Assembly (NCBI GenBank): GCA_965644495.1
Contig: CBFFSA010000014.1
Location: forward strand, 186,001 to 250,000
Reading direction: 5' to 3'
Length of the DNA stretch: 64,000 nucleotides
Source: Perkinsela sp. CCAP 1560/9
Taxonomy: Eukaryota > Protista > Euglenozoa: Kinetoplastea
Part shown: one piece after another, positions 11,190 through 23,940 of the stretch
How positions within the stretch are numbered: the first letter of the stretch is position 1
How the letters are laid out: each line of letters starts with the position of its first letter
The notes under the pieces: model-generated
What the model was told of the DNA's origin: nothing
Seen by the model: only the letters and a program-made list of their open reading frames with translations
The model's database searches: none
Program-made: the position numbers and the translations under genes

Positions 11190-12026
11190 CTAAATCTCAT
11201 CAATATTCAGCTCCCCTATATTCGGAAGCGGCGGCATACTGCGTTGGGCGGGAATCACCTCCCCTGGGCGCGTCGCACTCCCACGCCCACCCACCTTCCC
11301 CGCCCCACTCGCTTCAGTTTCCTCCCCTGTCTTCCTCTCCCGCCCACGTTCCTTCGCGAGCCTCGTCTTGAACGTGTCCTGTCGTTTCCTCATCGTCTTC
11401 CCCGAGTGCCGGTCATACTTTGTGTACACCGGGACATCAGGCTCCAGACTCTCCTCCGAGTGTCCTGAATCACTCCCCTCCTCCTCCTCCCCCTCCTCCC
11501 CCCTCCCCGATCCCCCCTCCCCTTCGGACTCCATACCCTCCGAATCGGATGAGATCTCCCACCCCTCATTGGGCACCGGCGTCCCCTCCCCCCCCGCCCC
11601 CGCCCCCCTGGTGAACCGGACATTCCCCGCGCTCTCCTCCGCCTCCTCGACCATCCCCCCGCGCCCCACCACGGACCACCGGGAGGTGTCCGGGATGTGC
11701 CCCAGGCGCTGCAGCTCGGCGGCCTCCTCGGAGGTGTAGCGCAGCAGGACGTCGACGACGGGGGAGCCGGTCTGGAACGCGCGGGCCCCGCACAGCACGA
11801 CGTTGCCGAGGTTGATCCACATCCGGCGCACGATCTTGCCCCGGATCACCCCGAGGAGGTCGAGCCCGGAGAAGAGGTGGACGCGGACCCGGTTGCACCC
11901 CAGCATGGCGGTGCAGATGCCGTACTCCTGGCCCTCCTCGCGCAGGATGAGCTCCTTTTTGACGTTTTGGTTTTTGCTGCTGCCTTTTTTGCGGTTCTTG
12001 CCGCCCATCCCGGTGTTTTTCGGCAT
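11190..12026 (-). CDS. eIF1A: Translation initiation factor eIF1A with extended C-terminal tail
   Basis: MPKNTGMGGKNRKKG, EEGQEYG, IRGKIVRRMWI, terminal LNIDEI. The in-frame upstream region is a pyrimidine-rich non-coding tract. Confidence 0.93.
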   Translation of the reverse strand: MPKNTGMGGKNRKKGSSKNQNVKKELILREEGQEYGICTAMLGCNRVRVHLFSGLDLLGVIRGKIVRRMWINLGNVVLCGARAFQTGSPVVDVLLRYTSEEAAELQRLGHIPDTSRWSVVGRGGMVEEAEESAGNVRFTRGAGAGGEGTPVPNEGWEISSDSEGMESEGEGGSGRGEEGEEEEGSDSGHSEESLEPDVPVYTKYDRHSGKTMRKRQDTFKTRLAKERGRERKTGEETEASGAGKVGGRGSATRPGEVIPAQRSMPPLPNIGELNIDEI

Positions 12027-12526
12027 GGGGTGGGGGAGAGGGAGGTGAAAAGGAAAAGAAAAGAAAGAGAAAAGGAGAATGAGATAAATAAAAGGAATGA
12101 GGTAAATAAAAGGAGAATAAAATAAAAGGAGAATAAGATAAATAAAAGGAGAATAAAATAAATAAAAGGAGAATAAAAGCCACGTTGATGAGAGCTCAGG
12201 CCCGTGTGATGGTGGCCAGGATGTCCGACGAGGACTCCAATTCACCTCTAGTCCTGAACTAGAGGCCTGGTGTACTATGGAGTGGTTTTTAGAGGGGTTT
12301 TTAAAAAAAGGAGAAAAGGGAGAGGCGTGGAGAAGAGGGTGGGGTAGAGAAGAGACTTCGGGTAGGGGAAATAGAGTAGAGTGAACAAAAAAAGGCCTGT
12401 TGGTGTTCATAAACCCCCGTGCAATTTAGGGTATACTATTTTGGTATACAGACTCATTAGTGTACAAATTGGTGCACACCCGAATTTGATCACCTTGAGA
12501 TTAGAGAATTTACTGGACATTTGGTG

Positions 12527-14250
12527 TTACATCCGAATTCGTACGGATATTTTGTCTTCGCTCAATGTAAAGTGTTCGGGATGAGATTGTAGGAAGTGAC
12601 AGACCCCACCTTTCATTCTGCGAAGGACCGTGCGTGCATCACTCGGTAGTTGCACACCGATCTCAGAGACATTCATTGGAAGGAGGGGTTGACCTAAGAA
12701 CAGTTTTCGAAGCTCTTGAAGCAGGACATCGTCATTGAAATACGGATTTTCTACCGTAGCGCTCGGGCTCGCATTGTCGTCCTCGGTGGCTCGACGTACA
12801 AGATACTCTTTTTCAAAAGTACTTTTTTCTTGCACATAACGCATGTTTTCCGTGACAACGACACGGTCGGGAAATTTCTGGAACCACTTTGCAAAAGTAC
12901 ACATACTGCATTAAGACCCTTCGTAACGTGGTGATACGCGGCTCTCTGTTCATCACTAATATTTTCCAATACGGCTTCCAGTAGACCTTTTAAAGGGACG
13001 CACATACCCTGTTCTGGTAGTTTCAGAAAAACCTGCTCCATTAAATTTTGATTCCAACAATCGAATTCCTCGACGCTCATTGACACTTCCTTATCTCGTG
13101 CTTCCTCCAAATCTCTAAACTCTGTAAAATCAGGTGTAGCACATGCTTGGTTAGCATATTCGCGGGCGATTTTATTTTCATTACTGTTAAACCTCTGTTG
13201 AAACTCCGTCTGGATAAGCGTCGTATAGGGTGCGAAGCTGCAAGGGGGACATATCTCGGGATGTTTTTCACGTATGCGACTTCGTATTCTGGGATGTTTC
13301 GAGTCTTCCATATTCATTTCAAACGCCTTAGGATATAGGAATGCAATGGTAGGTAAACGAAACGGTGCGGTATGTAGCCACGTCTTGCATGACGGAAATA
13401 AAAAAGTTTTACACGCGAAGGAAACAGGAACAAAGTGTGCTGGTAACCCACAAGCCAATAAAACAATAAATTCTCGAGACAACCCCAAGTGCTCGCCATC
13501 CGCAGGAGGAAGCTCTGTCGAGGAACAGCTTGGAATTCTTTTAATGTATATGACTTGGTGAACCGGCATGAAGCCTATACGACAATCCTTGCAAAGAAAA
13601 ACATATAATTTTCTTACAGGGGTTTTCTCCCATAATGCTTTCATCTCCGGAGCTAACTTCTTGACCAATGTCTCAAGCTGCACAAAATAGTTCGGAGCAA
13701 GCAGAAGCAAAGCAGATGCCAGACGTTTAGTTAACATCACACATTCCGTATCCCCAATATTAAACACATCCCTGGCGATAGCTTCAAAGTCTTTTCGCAG
13801 TAAGAAGGCCACCTTGGTGGGATTCCACTGCACCGTGTAATGCTCTGCAAGTGTATCATCACTTTGTATGGTTGTCAAGACTTCGCATGGAGGTCGGTTG
13901 TAGTAGAGATATGAAAAGCAATCAAGCCGCGCCCATCCCTGTTTTGGGACATATAGCTCAAGAAAACGCTTCAAATCACCTGGTGAGGGTAGAAAATTTC
14001 CGTTAGCGTCTACTCGACGTCGCACCTTTGTGCCGTCATGGCTCAGTTGAAACCCAGCGGGATATTCTTTCAAAAAATTTTGTATTGACCCAAACGAGAC
14101 GTCCAGCACGCCTTGCACTCTCTTAGGCAACTTCATCTGTATGGTAGAGACGGTAGATACTGAGTGGTAGGGAACGTTTTTAGCAATGCTATAGGCAATC
14201 TCATGAGGCAAGGTAATAGGAGAATGAAACCGTCGCTGTGAACGCATCAT
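12527..14250 (-). pseudogene. Winged-helix (LOTUS/OST-HTH-like) family paralogue 1, frameshifted near 12900
   Basis: ORFs 12751-14259 and 12527-12904 together match the length and motifs of the 14641-16368 paralogue (EKEYLVRRATEDD vs EKDYLVRRATDDD). Confidence 0.75.
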
Positions 14251-14640
14251 TCTGTTCAACAGGACTCACATGTGAAAAGGGGTGCAACACTTATTCGAAT
14301 ATTTTAGAGAACTACAAGATTCCCTTTTCGAAGTAGAGTCCATAAACAACGCAAGTACATGTATGCCCGATGTTTAGCTATTTCTGTGAGGAAACGTCAC
14401 GGTCCCAATTCGAGCACATGTCAAGGAAGAAGGAACGAAGAAAACTTTTTTAAGATTTCATAGGGTGGACCACTACACTAGAAGTACATACACTAGAAGG
14501 GGAGGACTGGGAGGGTAAACACACTACATTCCATAAGGTATGTGTTATGATCAGCATAGCTACAGTATGACATAGCTATGAACGTCATAGTTATGTTTTT
14601 CTAGAATCGTATTGTTGAAAAAGCTTTCCTGTTACCCAAA

Positions 14641-16368
14641 CTACTGTACTTGATGGGATTCTTTTTTTAGATAAACTAGATGTGATTCACTATCATAAAT
14701 AAAGTGATCTGATTGCGACTGAATAAATTTCAAAACACCCCCGGCAGATCTCCGAAGTGCTGTCTGCGTTGCACGAGGCAAAGTGTTATGTATGTTGTAT
14801 ATGGAAATCGGTATTTTAGGACTAACAAGGAATAATTTACGAATCTCATTGAGTGAAGCATCTTCAGTGTAGTAAATATTCTGCTTCTGAGACGTGTCAT
14901 GTACCGCATCATCATCAGTGGCACGCCGCACAAGATAATCTTTCTCGTACCTTCGGTACTTGTCACAATATTGTATGCGTTCCTCCATAAAGAATTTACG
15001 AGGATTCTTTCGCAAAAGGCAAAAGAAGGATTCTCCATGTATAACTCCGGCTCGAAAGCGAAAATTCGGAGATCTTTCGACAGCTGAATTGAGGAACATG
15101 TGATACAAATCCCACGATGCAATGCTCTCCCCACTGTCCGGAAGTAACTCCCATATTATGTTGATCGCTTCTGCGCGATCAGCTGTATCTGCTTTTTGTG
15201 TGTCAGGCTTCCATTTCGTTATATCTTTAAATACTTTCAAACACGTGTCGGAGCAAACGGTTTCAGCAAAAGATTTTGCCTGACAGTTTTCCGGAAGGTT
15301 CAGTCGCCGAAAAAATTCCTCTTCGACACCTTCCCCATAGGGTGATTCATCACTGGGAGGACAAATTTCAGGGTGAGTTGTTCTCAAAAGACTTCGAACA
15401 AGATATGACGTTCCGAACAAACCAGTGCAGCATTTTTTGTCGAAGGCGCGTGGGAACAAAGAAACAATAGTAGAGAGACGAAATTCGCAGGATTTCAGCC
15501 ACGCTTTTACAGACGGAAATATATATTTATCTGCAACCTGTACAGCCACGAAGTTGTCTGGAAGGCTGCAGGCCAAAGACAACACCATTTTTAAAGGAAC
15601 GAAATATTCACTGTATTGCTCTGTGCAGCATGGAATATCCCTAACCTCGGGACGACGACGTACAAAGACTTCGCCGGTAGGTAGAAAAGTGGATATTTGA
15701 AATTTATCAAGGAAAGGATAGAAAAACCTGGGAGGATCTGCTTTAATTGTTCGCTGTACTTCAGCAGGGAGCCTCTTCTTCACCGCATAAAGGCTAACGA
15801 AATAATCTGGAATAAGTGACTCCATGATGTTGGAAGCAAATTTAGACATTAAAACCAAATTACTCGAGCCTATGGGATAAACTCCCTGGGCACGTTCCGT
15901 AAAACTACGTCGTGCTAAGAATGATGTTTTTAACACATCCCATTCGACCACGTATGCCTCGGATAAGGCATCGCTGCTTTGTATTCCAGATACCACGTAG
16001 CTGGGTTTTTGGTCATGGTATATTGAACAAAACTTGTCAAGACGGATCCATCCGTCTTCTGGAACGTACTGCTCCAAAAATTTCTCCAGGTCACCTGGTT
16101 GAGGAGTGCGACTGCCGTCTCCATCTAAACAAAGCCGAATATGACACTCATCTCGACTAAGTTGAAAAGCGGCGGGGTGTTTTTTCACGTAAGAAGCTAA
16201 ACTATTACCATATTCTTCGCTAAGTAGAGTTTTGATTTCGTTCTTCATTTTTGCATGTAGTCCCTGCACTGAGTCCTTTTTTGACCGGCGTAGAAAATAC
16301 ACTAAGACACATGCAATTTCACAAGACATTAAACGCTCCGGGGCTAATCTCACTAAAGACCTCCACAT
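14641..16368 (-). CDS. Winged-helix family paralogue 2, predicted mitochondrial
   Basis: Starts MWRSLVRL; family motifs YVPEDGWIRLD, LACSLP, IFPSVKAW, HPEICPP, GGVLKFI. Confidence 0.85.
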   Translation of the reverse strand: MWRSLVRLAPERLMSCEIACVLVYFLRRSKKDSVQGLHAKMKNEIKTLLSEEYGNSLASYVKKHPAAFQLSRDECHIRLCLDGDGSRTPQPGDLEKFLEQYVPEDGWIRLDKFCSIYHDQKPSYVVSGIQSSDALSEAYVVEWDVLKTSFLARRSFTERAQGVYPIGSSNLVLMSKFASNIMESLIPDYFVSLYAVKKRLPAEVQRTIKADPPRFFYPFLDKFQISTFLPTGEVFVRRRPEVRDIPCCTEQYSEYFVPLKMVLSLACSLPDNFVAVQVADKYIFPSVKAWLKSCEFRLSTIVSLFPRAFDKKCCTGLFGTSYLVRSLLRTTHPEICPPSDESPYGEGVEEEFFRRLNLPENCQAKSFAETVCSDTCLKVFKDITKWKPDTQKADTADRAEAINIIWELLPDSGESIASWDLYHMFLNSAVERSPNFRFRAGVIHGESFFCLLRKNPRKFFMEERIQYCDKYRRYEKDYLVRRATDDDAVHDTSQKQNIYYTEDASLNEIRKLFLVSPKIPISIYNIHNTLPRATQTALRRSAGGVLKFIQSQSDHFIYDSESHLVYLKKESHQVQ

Positions 16369-16822
16369 TGAAAGGTAGAGTAAGTATGAATTGTCGCATG
16401 CGGCTCTACTTTGTAAAATTAGATACACTGTCATACTGCTCTCACTTCAATAAATCTTTTCAACTCATGAAAAAGTATCACATTTTTTTGCTATCACTTT
16501 ATTACTGTATATCAGATGCTATTGCTCCTTATAAACCTGATTGTACTACGCTTCCCACGATGAAGAAGCCAGTTGCAAGTGGTGGCCCTTCCAATGCAAA
16601 GTAGCGTTCTCAAGTTTTACATACAGACATCGAAAATCCCCCAGGTGTTGGAGGAACCCTTACACTCATTAGAAAGAATTTAGAATCACTGCGTAAATTT
16701 GTTAAACAAAGATGCACAATAGAGGTTGTTCAACGCAATATTGAAACTATTTCTTCGAAAACAAAGTCCCTTGCACCTTCTTCTATTTTGTGTGTGTACT
16801 CTCAACAAAGAGTAATCAAGCG

Positions 16823-18550
16823 TTACGATTCCTTTAGATAAATTAGTGCCGAATCGCTTCCATGTGGTTCCATTCGAAACACTTTCGGATGGTTCGCGAT
16901 GAACTTACGCCATCCGCCCATAAAGCGAAGGGCTCTCCGCGCCTGACTCGGTAACATAAATAGAATGCCTGTAGGAGATTTTCCATTGCGGTCATTTTTG
17001 AGAAATGTTTCTCGAATGGCCTGAATGAGGGCCTCTGACGTGAGGTATGGGTTCTGTTGCCCTTGGCGATGCGATGTCTCTGCAGGACTCTGCTGCGCCG
17101 CCTTACTAACTATCCAGTCGTATGCACGACCCATTTGCACCTCCTCTACATGGAGTCGCTCTGGAAAACGTTTAACAAACTTCAGTAGTGAATTTCTATG
17201 TTTCAGTGTGATAGTGTTCTTGATCTTACGATATCGATCAGCGGGAACGAAGTCACGAAGACGAATCATTAAATCATACAATCGTATAGGATCATGGGAC
17301 TCATTAAGAACAAGATCTAGAGCATCCAATATTTCACTTGGTTCTAGTACGGGAGCATCTTTGCTAATCACAACGTCGTCTTTCCTTACCAAACGAAATA
17401 TTTTCCTTTGAAATAACTTGTCAGAAGGTTCGGAAACAAGTTCATTAAGCTCTTTAATTGTCTCCGGGCTCTGTTTCATCAGTTTTGCCTCAAACTCAGC
17501 TTCCGCTTCTAAAGTAAATGCCTGTTCGGTAGATGGCGCTAAATGTGGATACTTCATTCGCAGCGCTGAGCTGACTTTACCATACGGTTCTATATTAATC
17601 GCCTTGGGATACATTTGGGCGAGATCGGAAAGAGAAAATGCTGCACATTTTGCACCCCATTTCATTACGGAAGGAAATACAGCGCCCTGGGCGTAGAGAA
17701 CCGAGACCGGCGTGGTAGGGAGTGAGAACGCGAGCTTTAGCATGAGCTTTGGGTGTAAGTCGTAGGCCTCATAGATGGGCCACTTGTTTTCTTCTTCTTC
17801 AACCGAGCGCGTGGCGCCCCACTTCCGTACGTACGGGGGATCATTACGAAGGCAAGCCATTTCTAGCACTTCATCACAAAACCCTAGAGCCTGAGATACA
17901 TTTACGGAATTGTGCCACCTGTGCTCATCTAAATTGGCATCCATTTTCCCTTGTCGAAGTAGCATAGGAAACGGAACCCAAAAATTGGGCGCAAAGCTCT
18001 TGATGATTTTAAGAAGTGTCGGTGCCTTAATGCAAGTTGAGTTATCACCCAGCGAAACTCTCCCCCCAGTCGATTCCCAAAACTTCTTGCGTATAATGTA
18101 TTCCTTCTCGCTATTGGAGCATGCTTTTTGAAGATCAAAAATTTCAGCACAAGATGGGTCGTTTGATAGGTGTGAAATCACGTAAGACTTTCGCAATTTA
18201 GGGTGTAGTAGTCTACAAAAATCTTCAATTAGTAGGAATCCGAATTTCGGCACATATCTTTTCAATGCTTCACTTAACTGGGAGGACGAAGGAATGTGTT
18301 CGCGCACCTTCAAACGAACTATGGTTTCATCCCGATTCAAAAGAAACAATTCGGGGTAACGTTTAACAAATTTTATCATATCATACTGCTCAGCCGCAGC
18401 AACTTTAACAGGAACAGCAGCTTTACTTGTGATATTCGCTATAAATCGCTGGTTTTTCTCTGCGACTTTTAGCGTTTTTTGGAGCCACACTAATAAGTCA
18501 GTCGGATGGACAAGAGTGTCCATCCGAAAGCGCGACGAAATACGGAACAT
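16823..18550 (-). CDS. Winged-helix family paralogue 3, predicted mitochondrial
   Basis: Starts MFRISSRFR; motifs YVPKFGF, LAFSLP, VFPSVMKW, GGWRKFIANHPKVF. Confidence 0.85.
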   Translation of the reverse strand: MFRISSRFRMDTLVHPTDLLVWLQKTLKVAEKNQRFIANITSKAAVPVKVAAAEQYDMIKFVKRYPELFLLNRDETIVRLKVREHIPSSSQLSEALKRYVPKFGFLLIEDFCRLLHPKLRKSYVISHLSNDPSCAEIFDLQKACSNSEKEYIIRKKFWESTGGRVSLGDNSTCIKAPTLLKIIKSFAPNFWVPFPMLLRQGKMDANLDEHRWHNSVNVSQALGFCDEVLEMACLRNDPPYVRKWGATRSVEEEENKWPIYEAYDLHPKLMLKLAFSLPTTPVSVLYAQGAVFPSVMKWGAKCAAFSLSDLAQMYPKAINIEPYGKVSSALRMKYPHLAPSTEQAFTLEAEAEFEAKLMKQSPETIKELNELVSEPSDKLFQRKIFRLVRKDDVVISKDAPVLEPSEILDALDLVLNESHDPIRLYDLMIRLRDFVPADRYRKIKNTITLKHRNSLLKFVKRFPERLHVEEVQMGRAYDWIVSKAAQQSPAETSHRQGQQNPYLTSEALIQAIRETFLKNDRNGKSPTGILFMLPSQARRALRFMGGWRKFIANHPKVFRMEPHGSDSALIYLKES

Positions 18551-19439
18551 GTTAACTAGACATCGCGCAAATACCTATAATAAACTTCCGAGTAGTAAGG
18601 TGGAAAAACCTTTTCACATGACTATTAACAATTTAGCATGATAACTATTAATAATTTTACCGCTATGGTTGCAGGTACTCGCAAAAGGGGTTTGTTTCGA
18701 AAAGAGGACAAATAAGTAGGGGGGCGGAGCTATGACAGTTAAGTGGGGGGAGTCACAGTTCGTGCATACTTAAAAAATACTGTTTACGAATCTTTATAGG
18801 TCAGCTTTAGTACCATCAGTAAAATAGTGTGTACTTTGTTGCTTGTCAAAATAGACGTATCATATGAAAATGTCCCTAAGGTATGCGGGCGCGAACGTGA
18901 CCACCGCAACAGCACCGGGAACGCAAGCGGCCACGCGCCTATTGTAGAAGAAGAAAATGTTGCATCAATTTTTGATTTATCTTCTGCGACATAGCAACAT
19001 GAAGCTGACGATGCCCTGTGGAGTCCGCGACGTACAATTACGCGTACAACCAAAAACCTGAAGAAATGGCATTGCCGGTAAAAAGGGAATATTTTTGTAC
19101 CAACTCTTCCGATTGACAGAAAACAATTTTTGTAATATTCGAATAAATTCCAATAATTTATAAGAATCTTTCATTACAAAGGAACTGTTATGCAAAGAAA
19201 GTTAGCACCACCTTTAAAATCATTTTTCGTGCAACAACATGAGCCTTGACTGCGAAGGGTATGAAACATTTCAGTGAATAAAATCCTACCATTGGCGTAC
19301 AGGATGACCATTCCTTCCTAGGATGTGTAAAAACTCTTCAGCGCCGTGCGAAGGTGAAAGGAAAATAAATATCAAAATATTTAAGACTGTGCAAGAAAAT
19401 TTAAAGAAATCTTCTTCGGTTTGCCTAAAAAAGAACCTA

Positions 19440-20019
19440 TAGTCCGCGTCATATTGATCCCCCCCTCAGGAAATTTTAGTTTTTTTATCCGATTTTGCTC
19501 ATCTTTGCAGTATTCGAGAGATCTCGTTCCGGTAGGAAAGTTTTTTGCCGCAATAAAACGTAAGGAGGGGGGTGCCTCCAGGAGAGAATCCCAAAGTTAG
19601 GAAAAAACAGAAAAAGTTAGGAAAGAATTTCAATGATCACATGACTCTGATACATTCAATTCAATCATAATCATGTGTGATCGCCGCTTAGCTACAAAGC
19701 GTTTTTTTGAGGAATTCGTATTTTTCATTTAACTAAAGGTATTTTTAAGGGATTCAGACGAGGATACGTGCGGTTTCGGCCTCTTCGGGGTGCTGGAAGA
19801 AGAAAAAGTCATGAAAAAATAAGAAAGTTTTACATCTATTCAAGATTTTAGTAAAAAAACGTGTAATTTTCCACTATTTCGAAGCGTCTGGCTAAAAGGT
19901 AAAAACAGTGGCGAAGTACTTTTCTATGGGAACGAGATCTCTCGAATGCTGCATAGATGAGCAAAATCGGATAAAAAAGCTAAAATTTCCTGAGGGGGGG
20001 ATCAATATGACGCAGACTG
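19440..20019. mobile_element. MITE with ~90-bp TIRs, TA-flanked
   Basis: agtccgcgtcatattgatccccccctcaggaaatttt... is mirrored at 19929-20019. Subterminal sequence is shared with 56855-57623. Confidence 0.85.
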
Positions 20020-20493
20020 TATAAAGGGGGGAGGGGTCGAGGCTATTATAAACAGGGGGGGTACAGTACTTGTATGTACTTACGGGACATACGGGTATGT
20101 TCCGGTGACGGGAACGTTTTTAGTAATTACAGCGCAGGCATGTCTCCACATCCACAATGGTAGATGCTGCGTCTTCTGGTGCTTGACACACGAGACAACG
20201 CCTAGGAGCCAACACCGAAAAAACGCTTTCTTTTCACATTCCGTAGAGTAAAGCTGCGGAAGAGAATCTTGCCCAGACATAGCTCTACAGGAGGAAATCA
20301 TGATACGGAGTTTGATTGGAAAATTATTTTCTATTCTTTTGTATTCAGAAATCTCAAAAGAGTACTAATTTCAAAAATATAGATTAAAGAAAGATTTTTT
20401 TTGAAAATAATTTACCCAGTGCAACCTGTGTTACCCAGTGTTACCCATAGAAACTTCTAAAAAGGCGGACTTGCAGAAGGTCCATTGATAATA

Positions 20494-21226
20494 CAGGGGT
20501 GTAAATTTGGATGTGGGGGGGTCTAAAATTTGTAAAACTTGGCCAATTTTGAAAAATAATAGCGCATTCGAGAGCTCTCGAATTGGGTTCATGAACGTGC
20601 AAGTACAGCATCTGCATTAATTAGATTTTCAAGTGCACATACAAAGATTTTTTTTTTTTGGGAGACAAAATCTTGCATTTTTCACAGTTTTTCTGATTTC
20701 TCCCCTGATTCATGCCCCAAAGACAGGGTCGTGGGCGATAACCCGAACACAAAGACTACGAAAGGGCTTATTCTTCGCCTGCGCACGTAGAAGCAGGCTG
20801 TTGCATGGTTCTTGTTGCCGATTACGAAACAACATAATCTTTTTCTCGCTAAAAATGTATGTTCCATAGTGGGCAACTTCAAAAATGATTGAGCCCCTCG
20901 GAATCGTGCAGATTCGATCGAAGCAGCGTTTCAAGGCCCCTGAAAATGCCAAGAAGAGCTTTCGAAAGCGATGCTGTATTGTGATTGAGATTAACCGACG
21001 ATAATAGCCATTATTAATTTCTTTTTCGATATGTGCTATTGATTTAGAAAGTTGCAAATAGCGTTTGGGGGCTCTTTGTCTAGGGGGCAATACCCCCTTG
21101 TGCCTAGTTCGGCCTTGCTACATTCATGAGCCCTGTTCGAGAGCTCTCGAATGCGCCATTATTTTCCAAAATTGGCCAAGTTTTACAAATTTTAGACCCC
21201 CCCCCACATCCAAATTTACACCCCTG
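20494..21226. mobile_element. Tc1/mariner-type MITE (CAGGGGTG termini, TA target duplication)
   Basis: ~90-bp TIRs beginning caggggtgtaaatttggatgtggggggg, related to the TIRs of the element at 32612-34617. Confidence 0.9.
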
Positions 21227-21873
21227 TATATCTTCGGGAAACTCATGCCGTGCGCTTCGCGTTGAAAACTACCACCGCGTTTAACGAAGAGCCTAAAAAA
21301 GAAATTACCTTTGCAGATTCGTGGAGATCTCGAGGAACATTACTTGGGGAAAATATTTGCTTTTCGTTCGAAAAGCTATATTCTGGAAAAGCTGTATTCT
21401 GAAGAAAATTAACTGCGAAAGTCAAATTTCTGAGAAAAAAGATGCTCACATTTTCTTGAAGAAAACTCTTAAGAACACTCGAAGATCATAAAAAAAAGAT
21501 ATTTTACAAAGTAGTACAACATATCAGATGATGTCGACATGGAATGTGTTTGCCGTCGTATCGAGTGCACAATTCTAATCTTTTTTTGAACGATGCATGC
21601 AATATAGCACCCTTCTGCCGACATTCGAAATCCGACTTTTGTGCATGGGAAATCACTCGTAGGCATGAATGAAGGCCTACTGAACGTATTGGGTAGAGAA
21701 TACGACTCCAACCACACCATTCTTTCGACACGAAAAGGCCCCTTGGGGTCCAAAAAATACTTTTCATCGTTTTCAGTCAAAAATGGGTCATTTTTGGAGG
21801 CATACCACGGCTCGAAGGGGTATCTTGCGAAAACTGCGGAGAAAGCTAGTATAGGTCCTAAACTATCAAAATA

Positions 21874-22231
21874 CTATGAACCCCCCCTTTATACTTCGCC
21901 CATTTTGAGCAGTAACGAAGTATAAAGGGGGGGCCTGGAGGTTTTCCCCGCTGTAAAAAGAAAACCGCGCCGCGAAGCGGCGCGGCTCATCCTGTTTTCC
22001 TGTCTTTCCTTTTATATCACCTTCCATTTCTAGAAGGGAAGACTTAGAACGTTTTTTCTAAAACATACGTTTTTTTAAAACGTTTTTCAAAACGTGTTTT
22101 TTCTAAAACAAATTGAAAAAATACGAAAATTAAAACACAATCGTCCCCCCTTCGGGGGGGGGGGCACACAAAAAACGAAGTATAAAGGGGGGGGGGGCTG
22201 ACCAGCGAAGTAGAAAGGGGGGGGGTCACAG
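21874..22231. mobile_element. MITE with CTRTGA/TCACAG ends, nested in another repeat
   Basis: The empty site ctatcaaaaTAcaata is present in the paralogous repeat at ~33351-33366, supporting a TA duplication. Internal gaagtataaagggggg repeats. Confidence 0.85.
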
Positions 22232-23580
22232 TACAATATATGTAGGCAAAACCATTTTGGAGAATATTTTGCCATTGTGTTCGCCAAGTTGAATTTTTTT
22301 TCGAAAAATCCGAAATTGGAGAGATCGCGAGCGGCCCCTGATAAATGGGGGGAAGGTAGTGGTTGTTTTGGGGGAAATGAGAGGCCGAACGCACGGAGGG
22401 GCCGGACGAGCCAATGAACTCATGCCTATTTTTGTGCTACAAAGGTGGTATGCATTATCAATGTGCTATATGCATTATCAATGTATTATATGCTTCAGAT
22501 ACCTGACTTATGTGACTTCCATAATTCTGCATAGCAAGTCCCAAGTCCTGACCACAACCACCCAACCCACCAAAGGATCATCACATTACGTCGTGAATCA
22601 CATTACGTGGATCATCACATTACGTAGGTGAAATATGGTTTTCCACCCATGGATGAAAAACCTACACATTATCAATGTGCTATATGCATTATCAATGTGC
22701 CGCTTAGTATGAATATCAATGTGCCCTTACTGAAATTATTCTGATATATTATTAAAAACCATGACATAAAAAAGAGTTTTTCAAAATCGTTTCACATATT
22801 GTGTTTTGAGAGTTTGGGACCTTTACTAGCATTCTACGCCGTTGTTTTCACAAAATACCCCTTCTTGAAGCCGTGGCACGCCTCCCAAAGTGACCCCCCA
22901 AAATAGGTGTCCAGGCAAAACCTGGCAAAACCTGACAGGTTTCAACCCTCTTAATATGCCATGTTTGTGTATCATTTCGATACAGATTTTGACGTAGGAT
23001 TGGGAGCGCGCGAGGATGTCATAATAGTCGCTTCGCTAAACGCGGTGGTTGTTTTCAACATACTATACAGGGGGGCCACGAAAACTGACTAGCTTCGCAT
23101 TTTAGCCTCGTGAGGCCGTTTGAGCTAATTTTTGTTGCAAACGAGAGATCTCGTTCAGAATATCGTGTCTACGCTATTTAGAACCCGTTTATAAATATTT
23201 ATAAGTCTGATCTTTTACATTTCGAAAATACTGAAATTTAAGACGATTTATTTTGCAAAAAGCACAAAAAATAGTAAAAAAGTTGTTTTTCTCTTCTTTT
23301 TTTTCACTATGGGCAAGCGGCATAGATTAAACCGTCGCCAATTGTCTCCAGAGCAGTCTTCGTATTCCACACGCATTGTTTGCGCACACGAAAGACATCG
23401 TGGTACAAGTATTGAAGACACAATCGCGGTTCGGAGAAGTCAGCTCCGACAGTTGCGCGTCTGATTATGATGAGTAATACCTAAATTCGGAACGTCTGTA
23501 CATATTTCTTTTTCATCAATAGTCTGTACATACTCGTTTATGCTATACTCCTCCTCTCATTGATTTTTATAAATATAAAC

Positions 23581-23940
23581 CACTGTCCGGGTTAATATTC
23601 CTGGTAGGAATATTAAGAAGGTATAGGAATATTAAGAGGTATAGGAATATTAAAAAATTAGCAGAAAAGGACCAAAACATTTTCGCGCCGCTTCGCGGCG
23701 CGGTCTTTGCTCTTGTGTTCGTTTTTGGTTCTTTAGGGACTGTGTGCGCGTTGGGCTTGCTATTTTGATGAAAAAATCATCCAAAAAAGGGGAATATTGA
23801 AGGATCATTTTGGTGGATCTCAAGCAAAGACATGGTAGGTGTCAGGGAGAGAGGGGGGTAGGAATATTAAGCACCATTGGGACACTTAATATTCCTGGAA
23901 GGAGTAATACGGGGGTATAGGAATATTAACCCGGACAGTG
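23581..23940. mobile_element. MITE with 22-bp TIRs cactgtccgggttaatattcct
   Basis: Perfect TIRs and internal ggaatattaa repeats. Flanks atataaac/atataaat. Nested inside a ctcattgatttttataa inverted repeat. Confidence 0.8.

Noticed and set aside
12027-12410. Hydrophobic N-terminal extension of eIF1A
   Set aside because: Translation of a repetitive polypyrimidine tract; the canonical MPKN start is at 12026.
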